Shown: positions 55,552 to 64,000 of the stretch, piece after piece
Layout: every line of letters begins with the position of its first letter
How positions within the stretch are numbered: position 1 is the stretch's first letter
Source: Candidatus Vogelbacteria bacterium
GTDB taxonomy: Bacteria; Patescibacteriota; Minisyncoccia; Phycocordibacterales; XYD1-FULL-46-19
DNA length: 64,000 nucleotides
Assembly (NCBI GenBank): GCA_903878275.1
Contig: CAIRHC010000009.1
Coordinates: forward strand, 11,855-75,854
Reading direction: 5' to 3'
Made by a program: the position numbers and the translations under genes
Notes under the pieces: generated by a model
Database searches by the model: none
Seen by the model: only the letters and a program-made list of their open reading frames with translations
Told to the model about the DNA's origin: nothing

Positions 55552-55623
55552 GCCCTTGTAGTTCAATGGATAGAACGAGTCCGTCCTAAGGATTTGATGT
55601 CAGTTCGATTCTGGCCGAGGGCA
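55552..55623 (+). tRNA. tRNA-Arg (anticodon CCT)
   Basis: Acceptor gcccttg/cgagggc (one G.U pair), anticodon stem agtcc/ggatt with loop gtCCTaa, T-arm gtcag-ttcgatt-ctggc. Confidence 0.7.
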
Positions 55624-55660
55624 CACTTTTCTTTTTTGCTAAGAGGTCTATTATTAATCT

Positions 55661-56929
55661 ATGTCCGACCTTTTTGATCAGAATTTATCTCAAAAATCAT
55701 CACAGACGCCTTTAGCTGATCGGATTAGACCACTCTCTTTGGCTGATTTTGTCGGTCAGGACGAAACGGTGGGTGAAGGCAAGCTTTTGCGTCAGCTTTT
55801 GGAAAAAGACGATGTCCCCTCGCTTATCCTTTGGGGCCCTCCCGGGTGTGGTAAGACCACTTTGGCGAAGATTGTCGCGAATATTACCGGTGCTGATTTT
55901 ACGACTTTTTCGGCCGTGACTTCTGGCGTAGCAGATTTACGAGTGGTGATTAAAAAAGCCGAAGATGCACGAAAATTTTATCATAAAAAAACTATTCTTT
56001 TTATCGACGAGATTCATCGTTGGAATAAAGCCCAACAAGACGCACTCTTACCGTATGTCGAAAATGGCGTGGTGACTTTGATCGGTGCAACGACCGAAAA
56101 TCCGAGTTTTGAAATAAATTCGGCGCTTTTGTCGCGCTGTCGAGTTTTTGTGTTTAAGTAACTCGACAAGATAGCGATTGGAAAAATTTTAACGCGCGCC
56201 TTGAAAGATAAAGAATTTGGCTTGGGTCAGAATAAAATAAAAATTGGCAAAGATACGCTGGATTTTTTAGCCAAAGCTTCCAATGGTGATGCCCGTAATG
56301 CTCTGAATGCCCTAGAGCTTGCCGTAAAAACAGGGGCAAAAGACGAAACAGGGAAAATTGTGGTTGATAAAAAACTGGTGAAAGAATCACTACAAAAATC
56401 GCATTTACTTTATGACAAAAAAGGGGATGAGCATTACAATATAATTTCGGCTCTGCATAAATCTTTGTGTGGTAGCGACGCCGATGCGTCTTTGTATTGG
56501 CTTGGGCGGATGCTGGTGTCTGGCGAAGATCCACTTTATGTGGCTCGTCGTTTGGTACGCTTTGCGAGCGAAGATGTTGGGCTGGCGAATTCACAGGCTC
56601 TAACCCAAGCCGTGGCGGGCTATCAAGCTTGTCATTTTATTGGAATGCCGGAATGTGAAGTGATTTTGGCGCAAGTGGTGGTCTATCTGGCTAAATGCAA
56701 GAAAAGCAACGATCTTTATACGGCTTATCTCGAAATGGAAAAAGATGTGAAAGAAACAATGGACGAGCCGGTGCCGATTCATCTTCGCAACGCTCCGACA
56801 AAATTGATGAAAAACCTTGGTTTTGGTAAGGACTATAAATATTCGCCAGATTTTGGCTATAAGGAAAAACAGGAATATTTGCCCAAGAGTTTGAAAGGTA
56901 AAAAATATTTGAAAAATGACCTCAAATAA
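55661..56929 (+). pseudogene. rarA: Replication-associated recombination protein A (RarA/MgsA, AAA+ ATPase) interrupted by a single in-frame TAA at 56159-56161
   Basis: The two track ORFs (55661-56161 and 56201-56929) are in the same frame. The translation reads '...[31 protein letters not shown]...' continuously across the stop. Walker A 'GPPGCGKTTLA' is upstream; 'NGDARNALNALELA' is downstream. Confidence 0.6.
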
Positions 56930-56944
56930 TCTATAATCAATTAA

Positions 56945-57017
56945 TGCCCAGGTAGCTCAGTTGGTAGAGCATTTCCCTGAAGAGGAAGGGGTCGCCAGTT
57001 CGAGCCTGGCCCTGGGC
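56945..57017 (+). tRNA. tRNA-Phe (anticodon GAA)
   Basis: Acceptor gcccagg/cctgggc, D-arm tagctcagttggtagagc, anticodon stem tttcc/ggaag with loop ctGAAga, T-arm gccag-ttcgagc-ctggc. Confidence 0.8.
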
Positions 57018-57020
57018 ACA

Positions 57021-57055
57021 CGAAAAAAGAAGACCAAAGGTCTTCTTTTTTTTTG
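57021..57055. terminator. Hairpin aaaaaagaagacc-aaa-ggtcttcttttttttt (bidirectional) after tRNA-Phe
   Basis: Read directly. Confidence 0.55.
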
Positions 57056-57086
57056 CCCAGGCAGGCTCGAATTAGGTCTCAATATT

Positions 57087-57353
57087 TTATTGCCCCAAAA
57101 GAGATTTCAGGTCTGCAATACTACTGGTACCGGTGGTTCCGCCGAGCAGGCTAGAATAAGAGCCCATCAGACTATCAAGCATTGGTTTTAAGAGATAAAA
57201 AGCGCCGATGGTTGAGCCGATGATGAAAGTCCATTTTATGACAGCCCACACAAACGCCCACTTTTGGTAGCGCAAAACTTTCGACATTACCTCGTGGTTT
57301 TTCTTGCTTAGATCAATATTTTCCTTGAGTAAATTTTTTAATTCGTCGTCCAT
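57087..57353 (-). CDS. Hypothetical small membrane protein (88 aa)
   Basis: ORF with one TM. Confidence 0.35.
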   Translation of the reverse strand: MDDELKNLLKENIDLSKKNHEVMSKVLRYQKWAFVWAVIKWTFIIGSTIGAFYLLKPMLDSLMGSYSSLLGGTTGTSSIADLKSLLGQ

Positions 57354-57402
57354 CTATTTTTATCTTGCTACTACCTACAAACTACTCACTACATCGTCTA
57401 AA

Positions 57403-57885
57403 CTAAAGTGATCGAACTTTAATTTTTTGCATTTTATCTTTATCAATCTTCGGTACACGTAGAGTCAACAAGCCATTTTTTTCAAAAGCTTCAGCCTCGG
57501 ATGGCTCTACTTCTCCGGGCAACATAATTTTTCTTACAAAAACACCCCAATATAGCTCTTTAACAAAATAATTATCTAAATCCGCTTCGCTTGGTCGCTC
57601 ACGCCGACCCTCAATACTGATCATTTCTCTAGTAATTGAAATGTTCAAATGTTCTGGTTTTACACCAGCGATCATAGATTGAATCACGATTTCGGTTTCA
57701 GTCTGATAGACATCGACAGACAATTCTCCAGCCTCTTCTTCCTCCTCTTCGTCGTCATCTTTCCATTTTGGGGCGGTCGATTTTATGTTTGGGGTGTATC
57801 TCTCCTCGTCTTTTGGCGATTCTTCTTCGTTGACCGAAATACTTCCCGTTATTCTTTCAAAAAATGATCTTTTATCTTTGAACAT
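57403..57885 (-). CDS. Hsp20/alpha-crystallin small heat-shock protein
   Basis: 'LSVDVYQTETEIVIQSMIAGVKPEHLNISI...GVFVRKIMLPGEVEPSEAEAFEKNGLLTLRVPK' is an alpha-crystallin domain. Confidence 0.8.
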   Translation of the reverse strand: MFKDKRSFFERITGSISVNEEESPKDEERYTPNIKSTAPKWKDDDEEEEEEAGELSVDVYQTETEIVIQSMIAGVKPEHLNISITREMISIEGRRERPSEADLDNYFVKELYWGVFVRKIMLPGEVEPSEAEAFEKNGLLTLRVPKIDKDKMQKIKVRSL

Positions 57886-57930
57886 ATTTTTTTTGGGCGA
57901 ACAGTTTTACTTAGGTAAAACTGTTTTAGC

Positions 57931-58716
57931 CTATGAGTTAGGATTGGTAAAAACTTTTTTATAGCGAATAACTTTTTTAATAATTTCAAATAGGAAGATA
58001 ACTAAAATCGCAGCAACCCACAGCATCACCAGTACTGAAAAAATATTATTGCCTTCGTTTGTAATTATAAAGAAATTAAAGAATGTGTGCAAGGCGGTGG
58101 CAGTGAATAGTCCGACCCAGAAGTAAATTATTTTAACAATTTTACTTTTATAAAAAGAAAAACCAAGAAAAGCACCCAAAATGGCGGAAGTGACGGTGTG
58201 TAAAATGGTGGCACCGAGAAAACGAAGATTGCCGGTAAAAATAAAAGTGCTTTGATCGGCGCTATTGGTCAAAGTGTTTAGTAAAAATAAAAAATTTTCC
58301 ACGGCGGCGAAACCTAAAGCCGAGGTGATCAAATAAATCATCGCATCGACTGGCTCATCAAAATTTTTGTTACGCAAGGCGGCGACTCGGGCACCATAAT
58401 ATTTTATAAACTCCTCGATGCCAGCCCAAGCCATAAGTGGTAGGCAAGCTAAAAATAGGGGATAAAAGCCGGTGTGATTAGAAGCTACTGAAGAGATTTG
58501 ACCGACAATATCTTTCTCGCCAGAAACCCATCTTTCTAAGCCAAAAGCAAAGATAATAAAAAATCCGCCGACAATGAAAGTTTTTAGGATCATTCGTGAT
58601 GGCTCGGGTTTTTTCTTGTCTTCTTGCAACCAAAACCATAACCAAAAAATAGTTGGCACGAGTCCGCCAATTATTGCATACAAAATGAAAGTCCACGTAA
58701 TCGAAGAACCAATCAT
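57931..58716 (-). CDS. PrsW-family intramembrane metalloprotease-like protein
   Basis: 7-8 TMs with 'GIEEFIKYYG', 'LHTVTSAILGAFLGFSFYK' and 'LHTFFNFF' blocks, resembling the PrsW EExxK / FxxxH / HxxxN pattern. Confidence 0.45.
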   Translation of the reverse strand: MIGSSITWTFILYAIIGGLVPTIFWLWFWLQEDKKKPEPSRMILKTFIVGGFFIIFAFGLERWVSGEKDIVGQISSVASNHTGFYPLFLACLPLMAWAGIEEFIKYYGARVAALRNKNFDEPVDAMIYLITSALGFAAVENFLFLLNTLTNSADQSTFIFTGNLRFLGATILHTVTSAILGAFLGFSFYKSKIVKIIYFWVGLFTATALHTFFNFFIITNEGNNIFSVLVMLWVAAILVIFLFEIIKKVIRYKKVFTNPNS

Positions 58717-58747
58717 AAAATTATATTAATGATAACAAAAAATAATT

Positions 58748-59953
58748 TTATTTTAAAGGAAAATGTCCGCTGGCTTTGATGGCGGTGGTGTTTTTAAGCG
58801 TTTTGTTTTGAATTTGTAGGTATGAAGCGACCGCAATCATCGAAGCATTGTCGGTTGAAAATTTTTGATCGGGGATTAGGAGCTTAATTTTTTGGTAGGT
58901 GGCTATTTTTTCGGTAAACTGTCGTCGGAGCTCCAGATTTGCCACAACTCCCCCGCCAATAATTAAATTTTTTGGCTGATATTTTTCAATGGCTCGGGTG
59001 GTTTTGGCGAGCAAGACATCAATACAGGCTTGTTGAAAATCTTTAGCGATAAAAGCTTTGGTCTCCTCATTGAAATTGTCGGTGGTTTTTAATTTTTGCA
59101 CGAGGTAAAGCACGGCGGTTTTTAAACCCGAAAAAGAAAAATCAAAATCGGCAGAATTTATCATCGGTCGGGGGAGTTTAGCCGGCATCTCAACTTTGTT
59201 CGTCACCGAGTGACGAACAAAGTTTAAGGCGAGTTTAGAAATTTCTGGACCACCGGGATAAGGCAAGCCCAGGATGCGTGCTACTTTGTCGAAGGCTTCA
59301 CCCACTGCGTCATCTCTAGTTTGTCCAATAGTTTTATATTTTAGCCAATCTTTGACGAGAATCAGCTCGGTGTGCCCGCCACTCACAATGAGTGCCAGTG
59401 TTGGAAAATTTAGTTTATTTCCGGTGGTTAAAAGATTGGCATAAAGATGACCGGCAAGATGGTTAGTCGGAATGACGGGAATATTCCACAAAACCGACAA
59501 AGCTTTGGCAAAGTTAATACCAACCCACAAGGCTGGTTCTAGACCAGGACCTTTGGTCACCGCAATGGCATCAATTTTTGGCGCTGGCATATCCAAAAGT
59601 TGAGTTAAAAATAATTCTTTTAATTCTTTCTCACGCTCAAGGATTTTTTCTATTTTTAATTTTAGTTTTTCTTGGCTTTTTATCTTTTTACTTTTTATTT
59701 TTGAATTATGAATTACGAGTTTCGAATTACCAGATGATTCTTCTATCGATTTTAACAAAAGTGGAATCAGATTTATTCCGTGTTCTCTTTTTGCTAGATT
59801 TGGCACCACCCCACCCCATTTTTGGTGAATTTCGATTTGTGAGGAGATATTGTGGGCGAGCACCTTAAAAACTGGCTTCGTTAAGCCTCCTTTGGCGTCA
59901 ACTATGCTGATTGCGGTATCGTCACAGCTGGTTTCAATCGCTAATATTTTCAT
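58748..59953 (-). CDS. tsaD: tRNA N6-adenosine threonylcarbamoyltransferase TsaD (Kae1/Gcp) with a ~60-aa K/E-rich insertion
   Basis: 'MKILAIETSCDDTAISIV', 'HLAGHLYA', 'ALIVSGGHTEL' and 'GGVVANLELR' motifs. Insert 'KIKSKKIKSQEKLKLKIEKILEREKELKELF'. Confidence 0.8.
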   Translation of the reverse strand: MKILAIETSCDDTAISIVDAKGGLTKPVFKVLAHNISSQIEIHQKWGGVVPNLAKREHGINLIPLLLKSIEESSGNSKLVIHNSKIKSKKIKSQEKLKLKIEKILEREKELKELFLTQLLDMPAPKIDAIAVTKGPGLEPALWVGINFAKALSVLWNIPVIPTNHLAGHLYANLLTTGNKLNFPTLALIVSGGHTELILVKDWLKYKTIGQTRDDAVGEAFDKVARILGLPYPGGPEISKLALNFVRHSVTNKVEMPAKLPRPMINSADFDFSFSGLKTAVLYLVQKLKTTDNFNEETKAFIAKDFQQACIDVLLAKTTRAIEKYQPKNLIIGGGVVANLELRRQFTEKIATYQKIKLLIPDQKFSTDNASMIAVASYLQIQNKTLKNTTAIKASGHFPLK

Positions 59954-60063
59954 AGGGAAACTATAGCAAAAAGTCGGTTAAATGGAAAATTAAAAGAACA
60001 AACCCCCTAACGAAGTTTGTTCCGGTAAGGGGTATGATTTTTAAGATAGCTGTTTTTTAAGGG

Positions 60064-60351
60064 CTACTTTTTTATAATTTTTTTAGCAATCTCGGTGCTC
60101 AAGGTTTCCATTCCTAGTACGCAGGTCAAGATTGCTACTCCGATAATCTCAAAAAAACTTGATTCGATTACCTGACCTAATGTTGCAGATTCGACCAGTA
60201 GGAATATGAAAAAATTCCCAAAGACAAAACCAGCAGAAACTATAAACGACGTTACTAACAAGTACACTGTACTCACAAGCATTCTCCTTCGTGCTAGGCA
60301 CGAATATTTGTGACGAAATTGCCACAAAAGTATTCTCCAGTCAAGGTGCAA
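60064..60351 (-). CDS. Hypothetical small membrane protein (95 aa)
   Basis: ORF with two TMs. Confidence 0.3.
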   Translation of the reverse strand: MHLDWRILLWQFRHKYSCLARRRMLVSTVYLLVTSFIVSAGFVFGNFFIFLLVESATLGQVIESSFFEIIGVAILTCVLGMETLSTEIAKKIIKK

Positions 60352-60460
60352 TACTGATTGCTACTTTACAGCATTTTAAAAATAAGTCAAATAAGACGGG
60401 AACACAGTTGCTCATTTTACAAATTTTTGCTAAATTAAGGTAGTTGAAAATTGAATCAAG

Positions 60461-60534
60461 GGCGATTAGCTCAGCTGGTTAGAGCGTTACATTGACATTG
60501 TAAAGGTCACAGGTTCGAGTCCTGTATCGCCCAC
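60461..60534 (+). tRNA. tRNA-Val (anticodon GAC)
   Basis: Acceptor gggcgat/atcgccc, anticodon stem ttaca/tgtaa with loop ttGACat, T-arm cacag-gttcgag-tcctg. Confidence 0.8.
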
Positions 60535-60556
60535 AAATAGACTCTGCTTATCAAAA

Positions 60557-60630
60557 GCACCCTTAGCTCAGCTGGTTAGAGCGTACGATTCACATTCGTA
60601 AGGTCATAGGTTCGAGTCCTATAGGGTGCA
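60557..60630 (+). tRNA. tRNA-Val (anticodon CAC)
   Basis: Acceptor gcaccct/agggtgc, anticodon stem tacga/tcgta with loop ttCACat. Lies 22 nt after the previous tRNA-Val. Confidence 0.8.
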
Positions 60631-60638
60631 CAGGAATC

Positions 60639-61478
60639 TTAAAACATACAAATCATCAAGAAGACGATAATTACCCAGACGCCATATTGGATATCGCGGG
60701 TGAATTTTTTGTTGTTCCAAAGTTTAAGGTTGGCAATTATGCCCATAATTATGGCGATAGTGGAAAGCAAGATTTTTAGCCAGCCGATTAAATTGAACGG
60801 ATTAGCAAAAGAGATAACCCCAGCGGAAATGCTAAATAAAACAATTCCAAGCAAAAGCATCCAACGTCGCGATTTTATTTTTATTTGAAACAGGGCAATA
60901 GAAAAAAGAATCATTAAGACACCGAGAAGACCGACAAAATTTTCCCAAATTTGTTTATCAAAAAACTTTTGCTTGATAATCGGTAACAAAAAATAAGTTT
61001 TAATTGTCTCGAGCACAGTAAAAGATTCTTCTTGTCCGACGACCAAGGCGTAACGACCGGTGCTTGAAGCGTTGCGGATTTTTATCATATAACCGCCAGC
61101 GTTTAGGTTGTAGGTTTGCTCTGGTCCTTGGAGATAATAGTCGCCACCAAATTCTTCGAAATAGACTTTGGTAAAATTGCCGGCTAAAAATTCTCGCCGA
61201 CCTTCGCGACCAATAAGCTCTAAGCTAGGCAGATTTTTTTCGTTTATCGGAATAAGTAAACCGAGTAAAATCTTTGTTTGTTTTGGTAAATTGAAACTGT
61301 AATATTGGTCATCGCCAATCATTTTCCCATAAAAGACCTGTGAAATTTGGGGGTTTTGTATTGTGACGGGGCTGTTGAGGTTTGGATTTTGTCCGACTTC
61401 GAGCCGTGGCAAATGAGCCGAGCAGGCGACTGGTAAAAGGAGAAACAAGGAAAATAAAAGAGCTGTTTTTTTAGACAT
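60639..61478 (-). CDS. Hypothetical secreted/membrane protein (signal peptide, C-terminal TMs)
   Basis: 279 aa. 'MSKKTALLFSLFLLLPVACSA' signal, 3-4 C-terminal TMs. Confidence 0.45.
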   Translation of the reverse strand: MSKKTALLFSLFLLLPVACSAHLPRLEVGQNPNLNSPVTIQNPQISQVFYGKMIGDDQYYSFNLPKQTKILLGLLIPINEKNLPSLELIGREGRREFLAGNFTKVYFEEFGGDYYLQGPEQTYNLNAGGYMIKIRNASSTGRYALVVGQEESFTVLETIKTYFLLPIIKQKFFDKQIWENFVGLLGVLMILFSIALFQIKIKSRRWMLLLGIVLFSISAGVISFANPFNLIGWLKILLSTIAIIMGIIANLKLWNNKKFTRDIQYGVWVIIVFLMICMF

Positions 61479-61521
61479 ACTTTAATATTATACTGCAAAA
61501 AATAATTTTTGGGCAGGGAAT

Positions 61522-61800
61522 TTATCCACTTTTGAAGTCGCCGACCACGGCGGTGGCGAGATCGCGTACAGAATCATAAAGATCGGGAATTCTCGCCAAG
61601 ACAAAATCGCCAATTTCTTTTTGGTCGCTTAATTTTTCTAGCGCAGTGATATCTTCTGGACTTAATTTGTCGTAAATAGATAAATTAATTTTTCGGTTAA
61701 TGATGTCTTCTAGCTCTTGCATTATTTGAGTCTGTCGTTCGGTCGGTAGTTCTTTAATACCTAAAAAATCCGAGACAAATTGTTTTGTTTGTTCATCCAT
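61522..61800 (-). CDS. Hypothetical protein (92 aa)
   Basis: ORF only. Confidence 0.35.
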   Translation of the reverse strand: MDEQTKQFVSDFLGIKELPTERQTQIMQELEDIINRKINLSIYDKLSPEDITALEKLSDQKEIGDFVLARIPDLYDSVRDLATAVVGDFKSG

Positions 61801-61808
61801 AAAATTTA

Positions 61809-62054
61809 TTATAAGTTTTTATTTTCTAGTTTTGTTTTTGAGCTTTGGTCTGCTCCGCAACCAACGGCTAGAGGTGACATCTTAATTATTTCAATTCGGG
61901 CTTTTTTCAGTAATGATTTTGCGGAATAAAATTTTTCTCCGCGAGTTTTTTCTTGCTCTCCTAGATCAAGTTTTTGTTTTTCAAGAATATTAGAAAACTT
62001 ATCCGCCGATTGCTCGGCATTGTTTGGGTTCTGGGCACTGTCTAAAGTTTCCAT
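61809..62054 (-). CDS. Hypothetical protein (about 82 aa; start moved to the internal Met because the longer ORF would read through a tRNA gene)
   Basis: The track ORF's first 42 codons are the translated tRNA-Ser. Confidence 0.25.
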   Translation of the reverse strand: METLDSAQNPNNAEQSADKFSNILEKQKLDLGEQEKTRGEKFYSAKSLLKKARIEIIKMSPLAVGCGADQSSKTKLENKNL

Positions 62055-62104
62055 ACTTATAATTTGATTATAGCACTTTTGATTTTTACTACAAACTATT
62101 TTTT

Positions 62105-62194
62105 TGGCGGAGGCGGGAGGATTTGAACCCCCGAGGGGTTTTAACCCCTGCCGCGTTTCGAATGCGGTGCCTTCAACCACTCAGCCACGCCTCC
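62105..62194 (-). tRNA. tRNA-Ser (anticodon CGA), CCA encoded
   Basis: Reverse complement is ggaggcg-tg-gctgagtggttgaaggc-a-ccgca-ttCGAaa-cgcgg-caggggttaaaacccctc-ggggg-ttcaaat-cctcc-cgcctcc-g-cca. Long variable arm; one A.C mismatch at 31-39. Confidence 0.65.
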
Positions 62195-62273
62195 ATAGGA
62201 CTAATCTAGCACACTTTTTGCTTTTTTCCAAAAAAATGTTATATTACAACAGTGCTTGGCAAAAATGTTTTAA

Positions 62274-62345
62274 GGCCTTATCGTCTAATGGTTAGGACAT
62301 CACCCTTTCACGGTGGTAATCCGGGTTCGACTCCCGGTAAGGTCA
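62274..62345 (+). tRNA. tRNA-Glu (anticodon TTC)
   Basis: Acceptor ggcctta/taaggtc, anticodon stem tcacc/ggtgg with loop ctTTCac, T-arm ccggg-ttcgact-cccgg. Resembles canonical bacterial tRNA-Glu. Confidence 0.8.
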
Positions 62346-62349
62346 CCCA

Positions 62350-63084
62350 ATGATTATTTTTATCGGTTTGGCGACATTCATCGCAACTTTACTTGGCGGT
62401 CTATTTGCTCTTCGTTTTCGCGATAAATTGCATTTGATACTTGGTTTTTCGGCCGGTGCGGTGATCGGTGTCGCTTTTTTTGATTTGATACCAGAAGCAC
62501 TCAATTTAAGTGGCGGACAATTTTCTTCCGCGACGATCATTTCGGTGGTGGCGCTGGGCTTTATTTTTTATCTAATTCTTGATCGATTTTTTCCTTTTCA
62601 TTCGCACAACGAAGGTGATGCTTGTCACAACGAGCATCATCACGATAAGGGTCGAGGTTGGCTCGGAGCGGGGACGCTCGCGGTCCACAGCCTGCTCGAT
62701 GGTCTGGCGGTCGGTCTGGCGTTTCAAGTTTCGTCGGCTGTCGGTTTGATTGTAGCGGTGGCGGTCTTAACTCATGATTTTTCTGATGGTATCAATACCA
62801 TCGGTTTAATTCTAAAAAATGGAGGTAATAAATTAAAAGCCTTTAAATGGCTTCTCGTTGATGCGCTGGCGCCAGTTTTAGGTATTACGTTATCACTCTT
62901 TTTTTCTTTGTCTCAAGCTTCACTTGGGCTAATTCTAGCTTTGTTTAGTGGTTTCTTTTTGTACATCGGGGCAAGTGATTTGTTGCCAGAAAGTCATCAT
63001 AGCCACTCAACTAAATTGACGACAATGATGACCATTCTTGGTCTAGCTGTTTTGTATGTGGCGGTAAAATTGGCGGGAATCTAA
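62350..63084 (+). CDS. ZIP-family divalent metal (zinc) transporter, ZupT-like
   Basis: His-rich loop 'HSHNEGDACHNEHHHDKGRG'. 'HSLLDGLAVGLAF' and 'HDFSDGINTIG' are the ZIP signature TMs. Confidence 0.8.
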   Translation: MIIFIGLATFIATLLGGLFALRFRDKLHLILGFSAGAVIGVAFFDLIPEALNLSGGQFSSATIISVVALGFIFYLILDRFFPFHSHNEGDACHNEHHHDKGRGWLGAGTLAVHSLLDGLAVGLAFQVSSAVGLIVAVAVLTHDFSDGINTIGLILKNGGNKLKAFKWLLVDALAPVLGITLSLFFSLSQASLGLILALFSGFFLYIGASDLLPESHHSHSTKLTTMMTILGLAVLYVAVKLAGI

Positions 63085-63093
63085 TTGCTCTAT

Positions 63094-64000
63094 TTAATTT
63101 TTTTGAAGATAAATATAAATATCCTCAACGGCTTTGACGGCGTCGCCAACCGCGATATTGTTCTGGTGGTAGAGACCGTTGGCGCAATCGCCTGCGGCCC
63201 AAATTTGGGCTTCAGAGGTGGCTTGAGTTTGGTGGTCGACGACAATCGCGCCACGTTCAATTTTTACTAAATCTTTAAAAATTTCGGTGTTTGGCAAAAA
63301 GCCAATTTCTATAAAAATACCAGTGGTTGGTAGATCGATAGTTTCGCCAGTCTCTTTGTTTTTGTAAACTAAACTAGCGACGAAATTTGCTTGCCCGGCT
63401 GTTTTGGATGGGTCGCCTTTAATTTCAATAAGTTCGACATTTGCCAAAGCTTTGAATTTGGGGTTTTGTTGTAGTTTTTCAATCGTGATTTGTTCGGCTT
63501 TGAAAGTCGGTGCCATTTCGAGTAACGTGACTGATTTGCAGTAGGCGAGAAGTTGACTCGCCGAGCCGAAACCGGCATTACCACCGCCGATGACCACGAC
63601 ATCTTGATCAGCGAACATCGGACCGTCACAAGAAGCACAATAAGTAACACCTTTGTGTTCAAAAGTATCGGCGCCTTCGGTATCTAATTTTCGGCGAGTG
63701 GCACCGGTTGTGGCAAGTAAAGTTTTTGCTTGGTAAGTGTCTTTGTCTGTTGTCACGGTGACTAAGCCATTTTCTTTAATTATTTTTGTGACTTTGTCTT
63801 TTTCTTTGATTACTAAATTGTCACCGGCATAATAACGTAAATGCTCTTCCATTTTTTTTGCTAAATCAACACCAGAAATGGAAATTTCACCAATCCAATT
63901 TTGGATTTCTGGGGCAACTTCTGATTGTCCGCCGAGTTTGTCAGCCAGCAAGAGGGTTTTAATTTTTTTGCGAGCCGAATAAATGCCAGCCGTCAAACCA
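63094..64000 (-). CDS. trxB: Thioredoxin-disulfide reductase, 5'-partial (N-terminus lies beyond the window end)
   Basis: 'ATTGATRRKLDTEGADTFEHKGVTYCASCDGPMF' (CxxC redox centre), 'VVIGGGNAGFGSA' NADPH Rossmann, and a C-terminal 'AAGDCANG'. The first M of the track ORF is internal ('GMTAGIYSAR'). Confidence 0.75.
   Translation of the reverse strand, partial: GLTAGIYSARKKIKTLLLADKLGGQSEVAPEIQNWIGEISISGVDLAKKMEEHLRYYAGDNLVIKEKDKVTKIIKENGLVTVTTDKDTYQAKTLLATTGATRRKLDTEGADTFEHKGVTYCASCDGPMFADQDVVVIGGGNAGFGSASQLLAYCKSVTLLEMAPTFKAEQITIEKLQQNPKFKALANVELIEIKGDPSKTAGQANFVASLVYKNKETGETIDLPTTGIFIEIGFLPNTEIFKDLVKIERGAIVVDHQTQATSEAQIWAAGDCANGLYHQNNIAVGDAVKAVEDIYIYLQKN

Noticed and set aside
1-64000. Alternative genetic code (code 25/4, UGA sense) suggested by the absence of TGA stops
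   Set aside because: Long ORFs of up to 2315 codons are uninterrupted under the standard code. If UGA were sense, the standard-code track would fragment the genes. TGA is therefore simply rare, not reassigned.
1-64000. CRISPR array or cas genes
   Set aside because: No regularly spaced identical short repeats were seen anywhere in the window. The only multi-copy exact repeat is the 25-nt REP hairpin (three dispersed copies), and the intragenic repeats are protein-coding.

Overview
This 64 kb window comes from an AT-rich, small-gene bacterial genome. The gene content (split tRNA clusters, giant surface proteins, sparse metabolism) suggests a Patescibacteria/CPR-like organism, but that lineage call is a guess. 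Most genes are on the + strand.

Housekeeping content I can support:
- ftsX, pyrG, gpsA, a yqeY-like gene, a UvrD helicase fused to a PD-(D/E)XK nuclease, RNase J, secG and groES/groEL.
- lemA with htpX, class II ribonucleotide reductase (nrdJ), RNase P RNA (rnpB), murJ, lepA and an ftsB-like gene.
- An NrdH-like glutaredoxin, an Hsp20, a PrsW-like protease, tsaD, a ZIP transporter and partial trxB.
- An oligopeptide-binding lipoprotein, a Bro-N protein and several membrane proteins.
- rarA interrupted by one in-frame TAA.
- Nine tRNAs: Gln-CTG, Ser-GGA, Gly-CCC, Arg-CCT, Phe-GAA, Val-GAC, Val-CAC, Ser-CGA (minus strand) and Glu-TTC.

Accessory content:
1. An IS200/RAYT-like Y1 transposase sits between two identical 25-nt REP-like hairpins next to tRNA-Gln, with a third copy 44 kb away behind rnpB.
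2. Two unknown genes each carry the same duplicated promoter-like 20-mer, and a convergent HNH nuclease gene follows them.
3. A type II R-M pair: a beta-class DNA methyltransferase with an overlapping PvuII-like endonuclease ORF.
4. A tRNA-Ser-associated islet containing DUF3800 and GIY-YIG genes.
5. The most striking locus (27.1-43.9 kb) encodes a dockerin-bearing secreted protein, three paralogous cohesin-like membrane proteins, and two giant surface proteins of 2315 and 1337 aa. The giants share an N-terminal module. One has a phage-tail-fibre-type C-terminal intramolecular-chaperone (S74, SDxRxK) domain and internal ~195-nt near-identical repeats. The other has LVIVD beta-propeller repeats. 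Together this looks like a cellulosome-style surface display or attachment system.
6. A ~450-nt non-coding tract after nrdJ carries 3-4 degenerate structural repeats; I could not assign it to any known RNA family.
7. A nested inverted-repeat element with a 36-codon hydrophobic micro-ORF lies between lepA and the ftsB-like gene.
8. A G11 homopolymer and a palindromic candidate operator sit in the Bro-N divergent promoter region.

No CRISPR array or rRNA is visible. By my reading, no confidently called gene ends in TGA.
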